Positions 13,294 through 28,700 of a stretch of DNA of 64,000 bases are shown here, piece by piece. The stretch is from Takakia lepidozioides (Eukaryota > Plantae > Bryophyta). The stretch covers positions 23,560,001 to 23,624,000 of the forward strand of contig CM060734.1 in the NCBI GenBank assembly GCA_030704615.1, in the 5' to 3' direction. The translations under genes were made by a program, and so were the position numbers. The stretch's first letter is position 1. Each line of letters starts with the position of its first letter. The notes under the pieces are model-generated. The model was not told where the DNA came from. It made no database searches and saw nothing but the letters and a program-made list of their open reading frames with translations.

Positions 13294-13793
13294 NNNNNNN
13301 NNNNNNNNNNNNNNNNNNNNNNNNNNNNNNNNNNNNNNNNNNNNNNNNNNNNNNNNNNNNNNNNNNNNNNNNNNNNNNNNNNNNNNNNNNNNNNNNNNNN
13401 NNNNNNNNNNNNNNNNNNNNNNNNNNNNNNNNNNNNNNNNNNNNNNNNNNNNNNNNNNNNNNNNNNNNNNNNNNNNNNNNNNNNNNNNNNNNNNNNNNNN
13501 NNNNNNNNNNNNNNNNNNNNNNNNNNNNNNNNNNNNNNNNNNNNNNNNNNNNNNNNNNNNNNNNNNNNNNNNNNNNNNNNNNNNNNNNNNNNNNNNNNNN
13601 NNNNNNNNNNNNNNNNNNNNNNNNNNNNNNNNNNNNNNNNNNNNNNNNNNNNNNNNNNNNNNNNNNNNNNNNNNNNNNNNNNNNNNNNNNNNNNNNNNNN
13701 NNNNNNNNNNNNNNNNNNNNNNNNNNNNNNNNNNNNNNNNNNNNNNNNNNNNNNNNNNNNNNNNNNNNNNNNNNNNNNNNNNNNNNNNNNNNN
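13294..13793. other. Assembly gap (500 N)
   Basis: Run of N. Confidence 1.
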
Positions 13794-16700
13794 CTTATTG
13801 ACACCATGTTTTTTGCCCCCTGATCTGTTTTAGATCTGGGGCTGGTGTGTAATTTCAATGACAGGGTAGAGTAATATTCCGAACGTCCTGAACTCCTTAT
13901 TTGTATAGGTAAGAGGTGTGCCAATGACTTGGGAACAGTGCAAGTATTATTCCATGCCCCAAGACCAAGTTCTATGTCTGGGGTAGGGAAATCATTACCA
14001 TAACAGGCTGTAATCAGATTTACATGCCATGCAATCATCCATAGGAAACACAAAGAATCTGAATTGCTCATCCCATCAGGCCTGCAGGTTACTTTGGTAT
14101 TATTTATCCTAAAGCAACTTGAATACAATGCCCGAATCATTCTCTTCGCATCTACCAATGTCTTACCGTTTTGGAAAATAGGTAAACATTCAAGGGCATA
14201 TAACCAAGGACCAGATTTGGCCACAAAAAGATCCATCCATATCAGTTTGGCATGGTATCAAGTGTCCTAGAGTAACCGGCTTCTAAAAGAGGCTAAGTTT
14301 CCAATGCTTGTACATTCAAGAACACTGTCTGGTCATGAAAACAGGTCTGCCCTACATTGTAGCATGTTACCAGATAAATTCTTTAAAGCCATCAGCTTGT
14401 CATATCATTGCTCCATTGTCACATCAGTATGCCATAGGGAACAAGAGATAGTCGCCCTAATGATTGTCATAAAGTAACAATCGGGAAATCTTATATCAAA
14501 CTTTTAGTGTTTACCCACCCCTTGTTTTGGGTAAAACATGTGTACAAAACCAAAGGGGGCAGGTATTGGGACTCAGGTAATGAAGTCTGGCAGGGGTTTA
14601 CCACCTGGTTATATTCAGACAAAACATCTACCAGCAGCATATCATAATTGGGTATTTTTTATGGTGCTATAAAGAGCAAAGCCATAACCAGGAGAAACAT
14701 AGAAACATTTGAGCCAAAGAAATGGAACTCATTCTTATCATAAGGTATCTAAATCTGACATAAGGCATCGGCTACGGGGGACCGGCAAACAAGAGTAATG
14801 TGCATTGACCGGATCATGTATCAGGTGTACACGTCTACTCCAGCAAGCTGTCTTACCGAGGCCTAGCTCAAAACTTCAGCATTCATAAGCCCTGTAGATG
14901 TTCTATGCTTATCTCAGGTACCTTCAAGGATGCCTTGCTCTCCATGCCCAATTAGCCAACATATTTTTGCTGGAGAAGATCTTACCTTATGAAGGACTTG
15001 CTTGCTCCACACCGTGGTCATGGCGGGAGAGGAGGCTGATATCTCATGGCTTTGGCCTTCCCATTGCCTTGGGTTCATCACTTCAATCAGGAACATATTT
15101 GATAACCTTTTTGTCATGCTCAGACCAAGGTGTTAGTAAATCAAACATAAAACTGAAAAACAGAAGGGAGATTGGTTGATAATGTGTACAAGAACCACCA
15201 AGTACACTGGTCTAAATCAGAGAGGGAAGATACTTATGTCTCGTCGAGACATGGACAAAGACCTGACAAGGTCATTGTAAAATTAACGACAAATCGGCCT
15301 CATTATCAACCATTCTTCATTCACAAGTCAGCTTTATGACAAATCCCAGACTTCAAAGTCAACGAAGTCTCTGGGTGGGGGGGGGGGTGGGAAAAATTAG
15401 AGACTCGATTACCACTGTTCATAGCAGGAAACCGTTGTTCAGCATGCTAAAAAGTGCCATTCATGACATGCCATGTCATTCGGTCTGTATTTTTTGGTCA
15501 GCTTACATACCAAGGCATAACCAACCATCCTAATTTATCGTTGGCCCAAAAACTAGTATAGTTTTGGGTTCTTTGTATCATGGGACATACCAAAGCGACT
15601 GAGCAGTAAGTATCCATGTCCAAATAAAGATCCATTGATCACTGTTCATGGCTGGAAATGTCTGTTTGTCTTAAAGAAGCCATTTATGATCATAGAAGGC
15701 TTAAGAACAAAATAAGAGCATTTCTTTACATAAAGAACATCACCAAAGCAGGGTTACGGACTGATATTTGGCAGCTTATACAACAGGGGGTAATCAGCTG
15801 CCCTATTTTGCACATCAAGTCACTTATTGACACCATGTTTTTTGCCCCCTGATCTGTTTTAGATCTGGGGCTGGTGTGTAATTTCAATGACAGGGTAGAG
15901 TAATATTCCGAACGTCCTGAACTCCTTATTTGTATAGGTAAGAGGTGTGCCAATGACTTGGGAACAGTGCAAGTATTATTCCATGCCCCAAGACCAAGTT
16001 CTATGTCTGGGGTAGGGAAATCATTACCATAACAGGCTGTAATCAGATTTACATGCCATGCAATCATCCATAGGAAACACAAAGAATCTGAATTGCTCAT
16101 CCCATCAGGCCTGCAGGTTACTTTGGTATTATTTATCCTAAAGCAACTTGAATACAATGCCCGAATCATTCTCTTCGCATCTACCAATGTCTTACCGTTT
16201 TGGAAAATAGGTAAACATTCAAGGGCATATAACCAAGGACCAGATTTGGCCACAAAAAGATCCATCCATATCAGTTTGGCATGGTATCAAGTGTCCTAGA
16301 GTAACCGGCTTCTAAAAGAGGCTAAGTTTCCAATGCTTGTACATTCAAGAACACTGTCTGGTCATGAAAACAGGTCTGCCCTACATTGTAGCATGTTACC
16401 AGATAAATTCTTTAAAGCCATCAGCTTGTCATATCATTGCTCCATTGTCACATCAGTATGCCATAGGGAACAAGAGATAGTCGCCCTAATGATTGTCATA
16501 AAGTAACAATCGGGAAATCTTATATCAAACTTTTAGTGTTTACCCACCCCTTGTTTTGGGTAAAACATGTGTACAAAACCAAAGGGGGCAGGTATTGGGA
16601 CTCAGGTAATGAAGTCTGGCAGGGGTTTACCACCTGGTTATATTCAGACAAAACATCTACCAGCAGCATATCATAATTGGGTATTTTTTATGGTGCTATA

Positions 16701-19700
16701 AAGAGCAAAGCCATAACCAGGAGAAACATAGAAACATTTGAGCCAAAGAAATGGAACTCATTCTTATCATAAGGTATCTAAATCTGACATAAGGCATCGG
16801 CTACGGGGGACCGGCAAACAAGAGTAATGTGCATTGACCGGATCATGTATCAGGTGTACACGTCTACTCCAGCAAGCTGTCTTACCGAGGCCTAGCTCAA
16901 AACTTCAGCATTCATAAGCCCTGTAGATGTTCTATGCTTATCTCAGGTACCTTCAAGGATGCCTTGCTCTCCATGCCCAATTAGCCAACATATTTTTGCT
17001 GGAGAAGATCTTACCTTATGAAGGACTTGCTTGCTCCACACCGTGGTCATGGCGGGAGAGGAGGCTGATATCTCATGGCTTTGGCCTTCCCATTGCCTTG
17101 GGTTCATCACTTCAATCAGGAACATATTTGATAACCTTTTTGTCATGCTCAGACCAAGGTGTTAGTAAATCAAACATAAAACTGAAAAACAGAAGGGAGA
17201 TTGGTTGATAATGTGTACAAGAACCACCAAGTACACTGGTCTAAATCAGAGAGGGAAGATACTTATGTCTCGTCGAGACATGGACAAAGACCTGACAAGG
17301 TCATTGTAAAATTAACGACAAATCGGCCTCATTATCAACCATTCTTCATTCACAAGTCAGCTTTATGACAAATCCCAGACTTCAAAGTCAACGAAGTCTC
17401 TGGGTGGGGGGGGGGGGAAAAATTAGAGACTCGATTACCACTGTTCATAGCAGGAAACCGTTGTTCAGCATGCTAAAAAGTGCCATTCATGACATGCCAT
17501 GTCATTCGGTCTGTATTTTTTGGTCAGCTTACATACCAAGGCATAACCAACCATCCTAATTTATCGTTGGCCCAAAAACTAGTATAGTTTTGGGTTCTTT
17601 GTATCATGGGACATACCAAAGCGACTGAGCAGTAAGTATCCATGTCCAAATAAAGATCCATTGATCACTGTTCATGGCTGGAAATGTCTGTTTGTCTTAA
17701 AGAAGCCATTTATGATCATAGAAGGCTTAAGAACAAAATAAGAGCATTTCTTTACATAAAGAACATCACCAAAGCAGGGTTACGGACTGATATTTGGCAG
17801 CTTATACAACAGGGGGTAATCAGCTGCCCTATTTTGCACATCAAGTCACTTATTGACACCATGTTTTTTGCCCCCTGATCTGTTTTAGATCTGGGGCTGG
17901 TGTGTAATTTCAATGACAGGGTAGAGTAATATTCCGAACGTCCTGAACTCCTTATTTGTATAGGTAAGAGGTGTGCCAATGACTTGGGAACAGTGCAAGT
18001 ATTATTCCATGCCCCAAGACCAAGTTCTATGTCTGGGGTAGGGAAATCATTACCATAACAGGCTGTAATCAGATTTACATGCCATGCAATCATCCATAGG
18101 AAACACAAAGAATCTGAATTGCTCATCCCATCAGGCCTGCAGGTTACTTTGGTATTATTTATCCTAAAGCAACTTGAATACAATGCCCGAATCATTCTCT
18201 TCGCATCTACCAATGTCTTACCGTTTTGGAAAATAGGTAAACATTCAAGGGCATATAACCAAGGACCAGATTTGGCCACAAAAAGATCCATCCATATCAG
18301 TTTGGCATGGTATCAAGTGTCCTAGAGTAACCGGCTTCTAAAAGAGGCTAAGTTTCCAATGCTTGTACATTCAAGAACACTGTCTGGTCATGAAAACAGG
18401 TCTGCCCTACATTGTAGCATGTTACCAGATAAATTCTTTAAAGCCATCAGCTTGTCATATCATTGCTCCATTGTCACATCAGTATGCCATAGGGAACAAG
18501 AGATAGTCGCCCTAATGATTGTCATAAAGTAACAATCGGGAAATCTTATATCAAACTTTTAGTGTTTACCCACCCCTTGTTTTGGGTAAAACATGTGTAC
18601 AAAACCAAAGGGGGCAGGTATTGGGACTCAGGTAATGAAGTCTGGCAGGGGTTTACCACCTGGTTATATTCAGACAAAACATCTACCAGCAGCATATCAT
18701 AATTGGGTATTTTTTATGGTGCTATAAAGAGCAAAGCCATAACCAGGAGAAACATAGAAACATTTGAGCCAAAGAAATGGAACTCATTCTTATCATAAGG
18801 TATCTAAATCTGACATAAGGCATCGGCTACGGGGGACCGGCAAACAAGAGTAATGTGCATTGACCGGATCATGTATCAGGTGTACACGTCTACTCCAGCA
18901 AGCTGTCTTACCGAGGCCTAGCTCAAAACTTCAGCATTCATAAGCCCTGTAGATGTTCTATGCTTATCTCAGGTACCTTCAAGGATGCCTTGCTCTCCAT
19001 GCCCAATTAGCCAACATATTTTTGCTGGAGAAGATCTTACCTTATGAAGGACTTGCTTGCTCCACACCGTGGTCATGGCGGGAGAGGAGGCTGATATCTC
19101 ATGGCTTTGGCCTTCCCATTGCCTTGGGTTCATCACTTCAATCAGGAACATATTTGATAACCTTTTTGTCATGCTCAGACCAAGGTGTTAGTAAATCAAA
19201 CATAAAACTGAAAAACAGAAGGGAGATTGGTTGATAATGTGTACAAGAACCACCAAGTACACTGGTCTAAATCAGAGAGGGAAGATACTTATGTCTCGTC
19301 GAGACATGGACAAAGACCTGACAAGGTCATTGTAAAATTAACGACAAATCGGCCTCATTATCAACCATTCTTCATTCACAAGTCAGCTTTATGACAAATC
19401 CCAGACTTCAAAGTCAACGAAGTCTCTGGGTGGGGGGGGGTGGGAAAAATTAGAGACTCGATTACCACTGTTCATAGCAGGAAACCGTTGTTCAGCATGC
19501 TAAAAAGTGCCATTCATGACATGCCATGTCATTCGGTCTGTATTTTTTGGTCAGCTTACATACCAAGGCATAACCAACCATCCTAATTTATCGTTGGCCC
19601 AAAAACTAGTATAGTTTTGGGTTCTTTGTATCATGGGACATACCAAAGCGACTGAGCAGTAAGTATCCATGTCCAAATAAAGATCCATTGATCACTGTTC

Positions 19701-22700
19701 ATGGCTGGAAATGTCTGTTTGTCTTAAAGAAGCCATTTATGATCATAGAAGGCTTAAGAACAAAATAAGAGCATTTCTTTACATAAAGAACATCACCAAA
19801 GCAGGGTTACGGACTGATATTTGGCAGCTTATACAACAGGGGGTAATCAGCTGCCCTATTTTGCACATCAAGTCACTTATTGACACCATGTTTTTTGCCC
19901 CCTGATCTGTTTTAGATCTGGGGCTGGTGTGTAATTTCAATGACAGGGTAGAGTAATATTCCGAACGTCCTGAACTCCTTATTTGTATAGGTAAGAGGTG
20001 TGCCAATGACTTGGGAACAGTGCAAGTATTATTCCATGCCCCAAGACCAAGTTCTATGTCTGGGGTAGGGAAATCATTACCATAACAGGCTGTAATCAGA
20101 TTTACATGCCATGCAATCATCCATAGGAAACACAAAGAATCTGAATTGCTCATCCCATCAGGCCTGCAGGTTACTTTGGTATTATTTATCCTAAAGCAAC
20201 TTGAATACAATGCCCGAATCATTCTCTTCGCATCTACCAATGTCTTACCGTTTTGGAAAATAGGTAAACATTCAAGGGCATATAACCAAGGACCAGATTT
20301 GGCCACAAAAAGATCCATCCATATCAGTTTGGCATGGTATCAAGTGTCCTAGAGTAACCGGCTTCTAAAAGAGGCTAAGTTTCCAATGCTTGTACATTCA
20401 AGAACACTGTCTGGTCATGAAAACAGGTCTGCCCTACATTGTAGCATGTTACCAGATAAATTCTTTAAAGCCATCAGCTTGTCATATCATTGCTCCATTG
20501 TCACATCAGTATGCCATAGGGAACAAGAGATAGTCGCCCTAATGATTGTCATAAAGTAACAATCGGGAAATCTTATATCAAACTTTTAGTGTTTACCCAC
20601 CCCTTGTTTTGGGTAAAACATGTGTACAAAACCAAAGGGGGCAGGTATTGGGACTCAGGTAATGAAGTCTGGCAGGGGTTTACCACCTGGTTATATTCAG
20701 ACAAAACATCTACCAGCAGCATATCATAATTGGGTATTTTTTATGGTGCTATAAAGAGCAAAGCCATAACCAGGAGAAACATAGAAACATTTGAGCCAAA
20801 GAAATGGAACTCATTCTTATCATAAGGTATCTAAATCTGACATAAGGCATCGGCTACGGGGGACCGGCAAACAAGAGTAATGTGCATTGACCGGATCATG
20901 TATCAGGTGTACACGTCTACTCCAGCAAGCTGTCTTACCGAGGCCTAGCTCAAAACTTCAGCATTCATAAGCCCTGTAGATGTTCTATGCTTATCTCAGG
21001 TACCTTCAAGGATGCCTTGCTCTCCATGCCCAATTAGCCAACATATTTTTGCTGGAGAAGATCTTACCTTATGAAGGACTTGCTTGCTCCACACCGTGGT
21101 CATGGCGGGAGAGGAGGCTGATATCTCATGGCTTTGGCCTTCCCATTGCCTTGGGTTCATCACTTCAATCAGGAACATATTTGATAACCTTTTTGTCATG
21201 CTCAGACCAAGGTGTTAGTAAATCAAACATAAAACTGAAAAACAGAAGGGAGATTGGTTGATAATGTGTACAAGAACCACCAAGTACACTGGTCTAAATC
21301 AGAGAGGGAAGATACTTATGTCTCGTCGAGACATGGACAAAGACCTGACAAGGTCATTGTAAAATTAACGACAAATCGGCCTCATTATCAACCATTCTTC
21401 ATTCACAAGTCAGCTTTATGACAAATCCCAGACTTCAAAGTCAACGAAGTCTCTGGGTGGGGGGGGGGGTTAGAGACTCGATTACCACTGTTCATAGCAG
21501 GAAACCGTTGTTCAGCATGCTAAAAAGTGCCATTCATGACATGCCATGTCATTCGGTCTGTATTTTTTGGTCAGCTTACATACCAAGGCATAACCAACCA
21601 TCCTAATTTATCGTTGGCCCAAAAACTAGTATAGTTTTGGGTTCTTTGTATCATGGGACATACCAAAGCGACTGAGCAGTAAGTATCCATGTCCAAATAA
21701 AGATCCATTGATCACTGTTCATGGCTGGAAATGTCTGTTTGTCTTAAAGAAGCCATTTATGATCATAGAAGGCTTAAGAACAAAATAAGAGCATTTCTTT
21801 ACATAAAGAACATCACCAAAGCAGGGTTACGGACTGATATTTGGCAGCTTATACAACAGGGGGTAATCAGCTGCCCTATTTTGCACATCAAGTCACTTAT
21901 TGACACCATGTTTTTTGCCCCCTGATCTGTTTTAGATCTGGGGCTGGTGTGTAATTTCAATGACAGGGTAGAGTAATATTCCGAACGTCCTGAACTCCTT
22001 ATTTGTATAGGTAAGAGGTGTGCCAATGACTTGGGAACAGTGCAAGTATTATTCCATGCCCCAAGACCAAGTTCTATGTCTGGGGTAGGGAAATCATTAC
22101 CATAACAGGCTGTAATCAGATTTACATGCCATGCAATCATCCATAGGAAACACAAAGAATCTGAATTGCTCATCCCATCAGGCCTGCAGGTTACTTTGGT
22201 ATTATTTATCCTAAAGCAACTTGAATACAATGCCCGAATCATTCTCTTCGCATCTACCAATGTCTTACCGTTTTGGAAAATAGGTAAACATTCAAGGGCA
22301 TATAACCAAGGACCAGATTTGGCCACAAAAAGATCCATCCATATCAGTTTGGCATGGTATCAAGTGTCCTAGAGTAACCGGCTTCTAAAAGAGGCTAAGT
22401 TTCCAATGCTTGTACATTCAAGAACACTGTCTGGTCATGAAAACAGGTCTGCCCTACATTGTAGCATGTTACCAGATAAATTCTTTAAAGCCATCAGCTT
22501 GTCATATCATTGCTCCATTGTCACATCAGTATGCCATAGGGAACAAGAGATAGTCGCCCTAATGATTGTCATAAAGTAACAATCGGGAAATCTTATATCA
22601 AACTTTTAGTGTTTACCCACCCCTTGTTTTGGGTAAAACATGTGTACAAAACCAAAGGGGGCAGGTATTGGGACTCAGGTAATGAAGTCTGGCAGGGGTT

Positions 22701-25700
22701 TACCACCTGGTTATATTCAGACAAAACATCTACCAGCAGCATATCATAATTGGGTATTTTTTATGGTGCTATAAAGAGCAAAGCCATAACCAGGAGAAAC
22801 ATAGAAACATTTGAGCCAAAGAAATGGAACTCATTCTTATCATAAGGTATCTAAATCTGACATAAGGCATCGGCTACGGGGGACCGGCAAACAAGAGTAA
22901 TGTGCATTGACCGGATCATGTATCAGGTGTACACGTCTACTCCAGCAAGCTGTCTTACCGAGGCCTAGCTCAAAACTTCAGCATTCATAAGCCCTGTAGA
23001 TGTTCTATGCTTATCTCAGGTACCTTCAAGGATGCCTTGCTCTCCATGCCCAATTAGCCAACATATTTTTGCTGGAGAAGATCTTACCTTATGAAGGACT
23101 TGCTTGCTCCACACCGTGGTCATGGCGGGAGAGGAGGCTGATATCTCATGGCTTTGGCCTTCCCATTGCCTTGGGTTCATCACTTCAATCAGGAACATAT
23201 TTGATAACCTTTTTGTCATGCTCAGACCAAGGTGTTAGTAAATCAAACATAAAACTGAAAAACAGAAGGGAGATTGGTTGATAATGTGTACAAGAACCAC
23301 CAAGTACACTGGTCTAAATCAGAGAGGGAAGATACTTATGTCTCGTCGAGACATGGACAAAGACCTGACAAGGTCATTGTAAAATTAACGACAAATCGGC
23401 CTCATTATCAACCATTCTTCATTCACAAGTCAGCTTTATGACAAATCCCAGACTTCAAAGTCAACGAAGTCTCTGGGTGGGGGGGGGGGAAAAATTAGAG
23501 ACTCGATTACCACTGTTCATAGCAGGAAACCGTTGTTCAGCATGCTAAAAAGTGCCATTCATGACATGCCATGTCATTCGGTCTGTATTTTTTGGTCAGC
23601 TTACATACCAAGGCATAACCAACCATCCTAATTTATCGTTGGCCCAAAAACTAGTATAGTTTTGGGTTCTTTGTATCATGGGACATACCAAAGCGACTGA
23701 GCAGTAAGTATCCATGTCCAAATAAAGATCCATTGATCACTGTTCATGGCTGGAAATGTCTGTTTGTCTTAAAGAAGCCATTTATGATCATAGAAGGCTT
23801 AAGAACAAAATAAGAGCATTTCTTTACATAAAGAACATCACCAAAGCAGGGTTACGGACTGATATTTGGCAGCTTATACAACAGGGGGTAATCAGCTGCC
23901 CTATTTTGCACATCAAGTCACTTATTGACACCATGTTTTTTGCCCCCTGATCTGTTTTAGATCTGGGGCTGGTGTGTAATTTCAATGACAGGGTAGAGTA
24001 ATATTCCGAACGTCCTGAACTCCTTATTTGTATAGGTAAGAGGTGTGCCAATGACTTGGGAACAGTGCAAGTATTATTCCATGCCCCAAGACCAAGTTCT
24101 ATGTCTGGGGTAGGGAAATCATTACCATAACAGGCTGTAATCAGATTTACATGCCATGCAATCATCCATAGGAAACACAAAGAATCTGAATTGCTCATCC
24201 CATCAGGCCTGCAGGTTACTTTGGTATTATTTATCCTAAAGCAACTTGAATACAATGCCCGAATCATTCTCTTCGCATCTACCAATGTCTTACCGTTTTG
24301 GAAAATAGGTAAACATTCAAGGGCATATAACCAAGGACCAGATTTGGCCACAAAAAGATCCATCCATATCAGTTTGGCATGGTATCAAGTGTCCTAGAGT
24401 AACCGGCTTCTAAAAGAGGCTAAGTTTCCAATGCTTGTACATTCAAGAACACTGTCTGGTCATGAAAACAGGTCTGCCCTACATTGTAGCATGTTACCAG
24501 ATAAATTCTTTAAAGCCATCAGCTTGTCATATCATTGCTCCATTGTCACATCAGTATGCCATAGGGAACAAGAGATAGTCGCCCTAATGATTGTCATAAA
24601 GTAACAATCGGGAAATCTTATATCAAACTTTTAGTGTTTACCCACCCCTTGTTTTGGGTAAAACATGTGTACAAAACCAAAGGGGGCAGGTATTGGGACT
24701 CAGGTAATGAAGTCTGGCAGGGGTTTACCACCTGGTTATATTCAGACAAAACATCTACCAGCAGCATATCATAATTGGGTATTTTTTATGGTGCTATAAA
24801 GAGCAAAGCCATAACCAGGAGAAACATAGAAACATTTGAGCCAAAGAAATGGAACTCATTCTTATCATAAGGTATCTAAATCTGACATAAGGCATCGGCT
24901 ACGGGGGACCGGCAAACAAGAGTAATGTGCATTGACCGGATCATGTATCAGGTGTACACGTCTACTCCAGCAAGCTGTCTTACCGAGGCCTAGCTCAAAA
25001 CTTCAGCATTCATAAGCCCTGTAGATGTTCTATGCTTATCTCAGGTACCTTCAAGGATGCCTTGCTCTCCATGCCCAATTAGCCAACATATTTTTGCTGG
25101 AGAAGATCTTACCTTATGAAGGACTTGCTTGCTCCACACCGTGGTCATGGCGGGAGAGGAGGCTGATATCTCATGGCTTTGGCCTTCCCATTGCCTTGGG
25201 TTCATCACTTCAATCAGGAACATATTTGATAACCTTTTTGTCATGCTCAGACCAAGGTGTTAGTAAATCAAACATAAAACTGAAAAACAGAAGGGAGATT
25301 GGTTGATAATGTGTACAAGAACCACCAAGTACACTGGTCTAAATCAGAGAGGGAAGATACTTATGTCTCGTCGAGACATGGACAAAGACCTGACAAGGTC
25401 ATTGTAAAATTAACGACAAATCGGCCTCATTATCAACCATTCTTCATTCACAAGTCAGCTTTATGACAAATCCCAGACTTCAAAGTCAACGAAGTCTCTG
25501 GGTGGGGGGGGGGGTGGGAAAAATTAGAGACTCGATTACCACTGTTCATAGCAGGAAACCGTTGTTCAGCATGCTAAAAAGTGCCATTCATGACATGCCA
25601 TGTCATTCGGTCTGTATTTTTTGGTCAGCTTACATACCAAGGCATAACCAACCATCCTAATTTATCGTTGGCCCAAAAACTAGTATAGTTTTGGGTTCTT

Positions 25701-28700
25701 TGTATCATGGGACATACCAAAGCGACTGAGCAGTAAGTATCCATGTCCAAATAAAGATCCATTGATCACTGTTCATGGCTGGAAATGTCTGTTTGTCTTA
25801 AAGAAGCCATTTATGATCATAGAAGGCTTAAGAACAAAATAAGAGCATTTCTTTACATAAAGAACATCACCAAAGCAGGGTTACGGACTGATATTTGGCA
25901 GCTTATACAACAGGGGGTAATCAGCTGCCCTATTTTGCACATCAAGTCACTTATTGACACCATGTTTTTTGCCCCCTGATCTGTTTTAGATCTGGGGCTG
26001 GTGTGTAATTTCAATGACAGGGTAGAGTAATATTCCGAACGTCCTGAACTCCTTATTTGTATAGGTAAGAGGTGTGCCAATGACTTGGGAACAGTGCAAG
26101 TATTATTCCATGCCCCAAGACCAAGTTCTATGTCTGGGGTAGGGAAATCATTACCATAACAGGCTGTAATCAGATTTACATGCCATGCAATCATCCATAG
26201 GAAACACAAAGAATCTGAATTGCTCATCCCATCAGGCCTGCAGGTTACTTTGGTATTATTTATCCTAAAGCAACTTGAATACAATGCCCGAATCATTCTC
26301 TTCGCATCTACCAATGTCTTACCGTTTTGGAAAATAGGTAAACATTCAAGGGCATATAACCAAGGACCAGATTTGGCCACAAAAAGATCCATCCATATCA
26401 GTTTGGCATGGTATCAAGTGTCCTAGAGTAACCGGCTTCTAAAAGAGGCTAAGTTTCCAATGCTTGTACATTCAAGAACACTGTCTGGTCATGAAAACAG
26501 GTCTGCCCTACATTGTAGCATGTTACCAGATAAATTCTTTAAAGCCATCAGCTTGTCATATCATTGCTCCATTGTCACATCAGTATGCCATAGGGAACAA
26601 GAGATAGTCGCCCTAATGATTGTCATAAAGTAACAATCGGGAAATCTTATATCAAACTTTTAGTGTTTACCCACCCCTTGTTTTGGGTAAAACATGTGTA
26701 CAAAACCAAAGGGGGCAGGTATTGGGACTCAGGTAATGAAGTCTGGCAGGGGTTTACCACCTGGTTATATTCAGACAAAACATCTACCAGCAGCATATCA
26801 TAATTGGGTATTTTTTATGGTGCTATAAAGAGCAAAGCCATAACCAGGAGAAACATAGAAACATTTGAGCCAAAGAAATGGAACTCATTCTTATCATAAG
26901 GTATCTAAATCTGACATAAGGCATCGGCTACGGGGGACCGGCAAACAAGAGTAATGTGCATTGACCGGATCATGTATCAGGTGTACACGTCTACTCCAGC
27001 AAGCTGTCTTACCGAGGCCTAGCTCAAAACTTCAGCATTCATAAGCCCTGTAGATGTTCTATGCTTATCTCAGGTACCTTCAAGGATGCCTTGCTCTCCA
27101 TGCCCAATTAGCCAACATATTTTTGCTGGAGAAGATCTTACCTTATGAAGGACTTGCTTGCTCCACACCGTGGTCATGGCGGGAGAGGAGGCTGATATCT
27201 CATGGCTTTGGCCTTCCCATTGCCTTGGGTTCATCACTTCAATCAGGAACATATTTGATAACCTTTTTGTCATGCTCAGACCAAGGTGTTAGTAAATCAA
27301 ACATAAAACTGAAAAACAGAAGGGAGATTGGTTGATAATGTGTACAAGAACCACCAAGTACACTGGTCTAAATCGGAGAGGGAAGATACTTATGTCTCGT
27401 CGAGACATGGACAAAGACCTGACAAGGTCATTGTAAAATTAACGACAAATCGGCCTCATTATCAACCATTCTTCATTCACAAGTCAGCTTTATGACAAAT
27501 CCCAGACTTCAAAGTCAACGAAGTCTCTGGGTGGGGGGGGGGGGTGGGAAAAATTAGAGACTCGATTACCACTGTTCATAGCAGGAAACCGTTGTTCAGC
27601 ATGCTAAAAAGTGCCATTCATGACATGCCATGTCATTCGGTCTGTATTTTTTGGTCAGCTTACATACCAAGGCATAACCAACCATCCTAATTTATCGTTG
27701 GCCCAAAAACTAGTATAGTTTTGGGTTCTTTGTATCATGGGACATACCAAAGCGACTGAGCAGTAAGTATCCATGTCCAAATAAAGATCCATTGATCACT
27801 GTTCATGGCTGGAAATGTCTGTTTGTCTTAAAGAAGCCATTTATGATCATAGAAGGCTTAAGAACAAAATAAGAGCATTTCTTTACATAAAGAACATCAC
27901 CAAAGCAGGGTTACGGACTGATATTTGGCAGCTTATACAACAGGGGGTAATCAGCTGCCCTATTTTGCACATCAAGTCACTTATTGACACCATGTTTTTT
28001 GCCCCCTGATCTGTTTTAGATCTGGGGCTGGTGTGTAATTTCAATGACAGGGTAGAGTAATATTCCGAACGTCCTGAACTCCTTATTTGTATAGGTAAGA
28101 GGTGTGCCAATGACTTGGGAACAGTGCAAGTATTATTCCATGCCCCAAGACCAAGTTCTATGTCTGGGGTAGGGAAATCATTACCATAACAGGCTGTAAT
28201 CAGATTTACATGCCATGCAATCATCCATAGGAAACACAAAGAATCTGAATTGCTCATCCCATCAGGCCTGCAGGTTACTTTGGTATTATTTATCCTAAAG
28301 CAACTTGAATACAATGCCCGAATCATTCTCTTCGCATCTACCAATGTCTTACCGTTTTGGAAAATAGGTAAACATTCAAGGGCATATAACCAAGGACCAG
28401 ATTTGGCCACAAAAAGATCCATCCATATCAGTTTGGCATGGTATCAAGTGTCCTAGAGTAACCGGCTTCTAAAAGAGGCTAAGTTTCCAATGCTTGTACA
28501 TTCAAGAACACTGTCTGGTCATGAAAACAGGTCTGCCCTACATTGTAGCATGTTACCAGATAAATTCTTTAAAGCCATCAGCTTGTCATATCATTGCTCC
28601 ATTGTCACATCAGTATGCCATAGGGAACAAGAGATAGTCGCCCTAATGATTGTCATAAAGTAACAATCGGGAAATCTTATATCAAACTTTTAGTGTTTAC

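Noticed and set aside
12856-14236. Long ORFs spanning the N runs (also 45607-46257)
   Set aside because: They read through assembly gaps.
15726-16265. 179-aa ORF (and the 93, 68, 67 and 64-aa ORFs) repeated in every array unit
   Set aside because: No recognisable domain. They recur only because the DNA is duplicated, and the 179-aa frame is disrupted in the diverged copy at 10156-11685.
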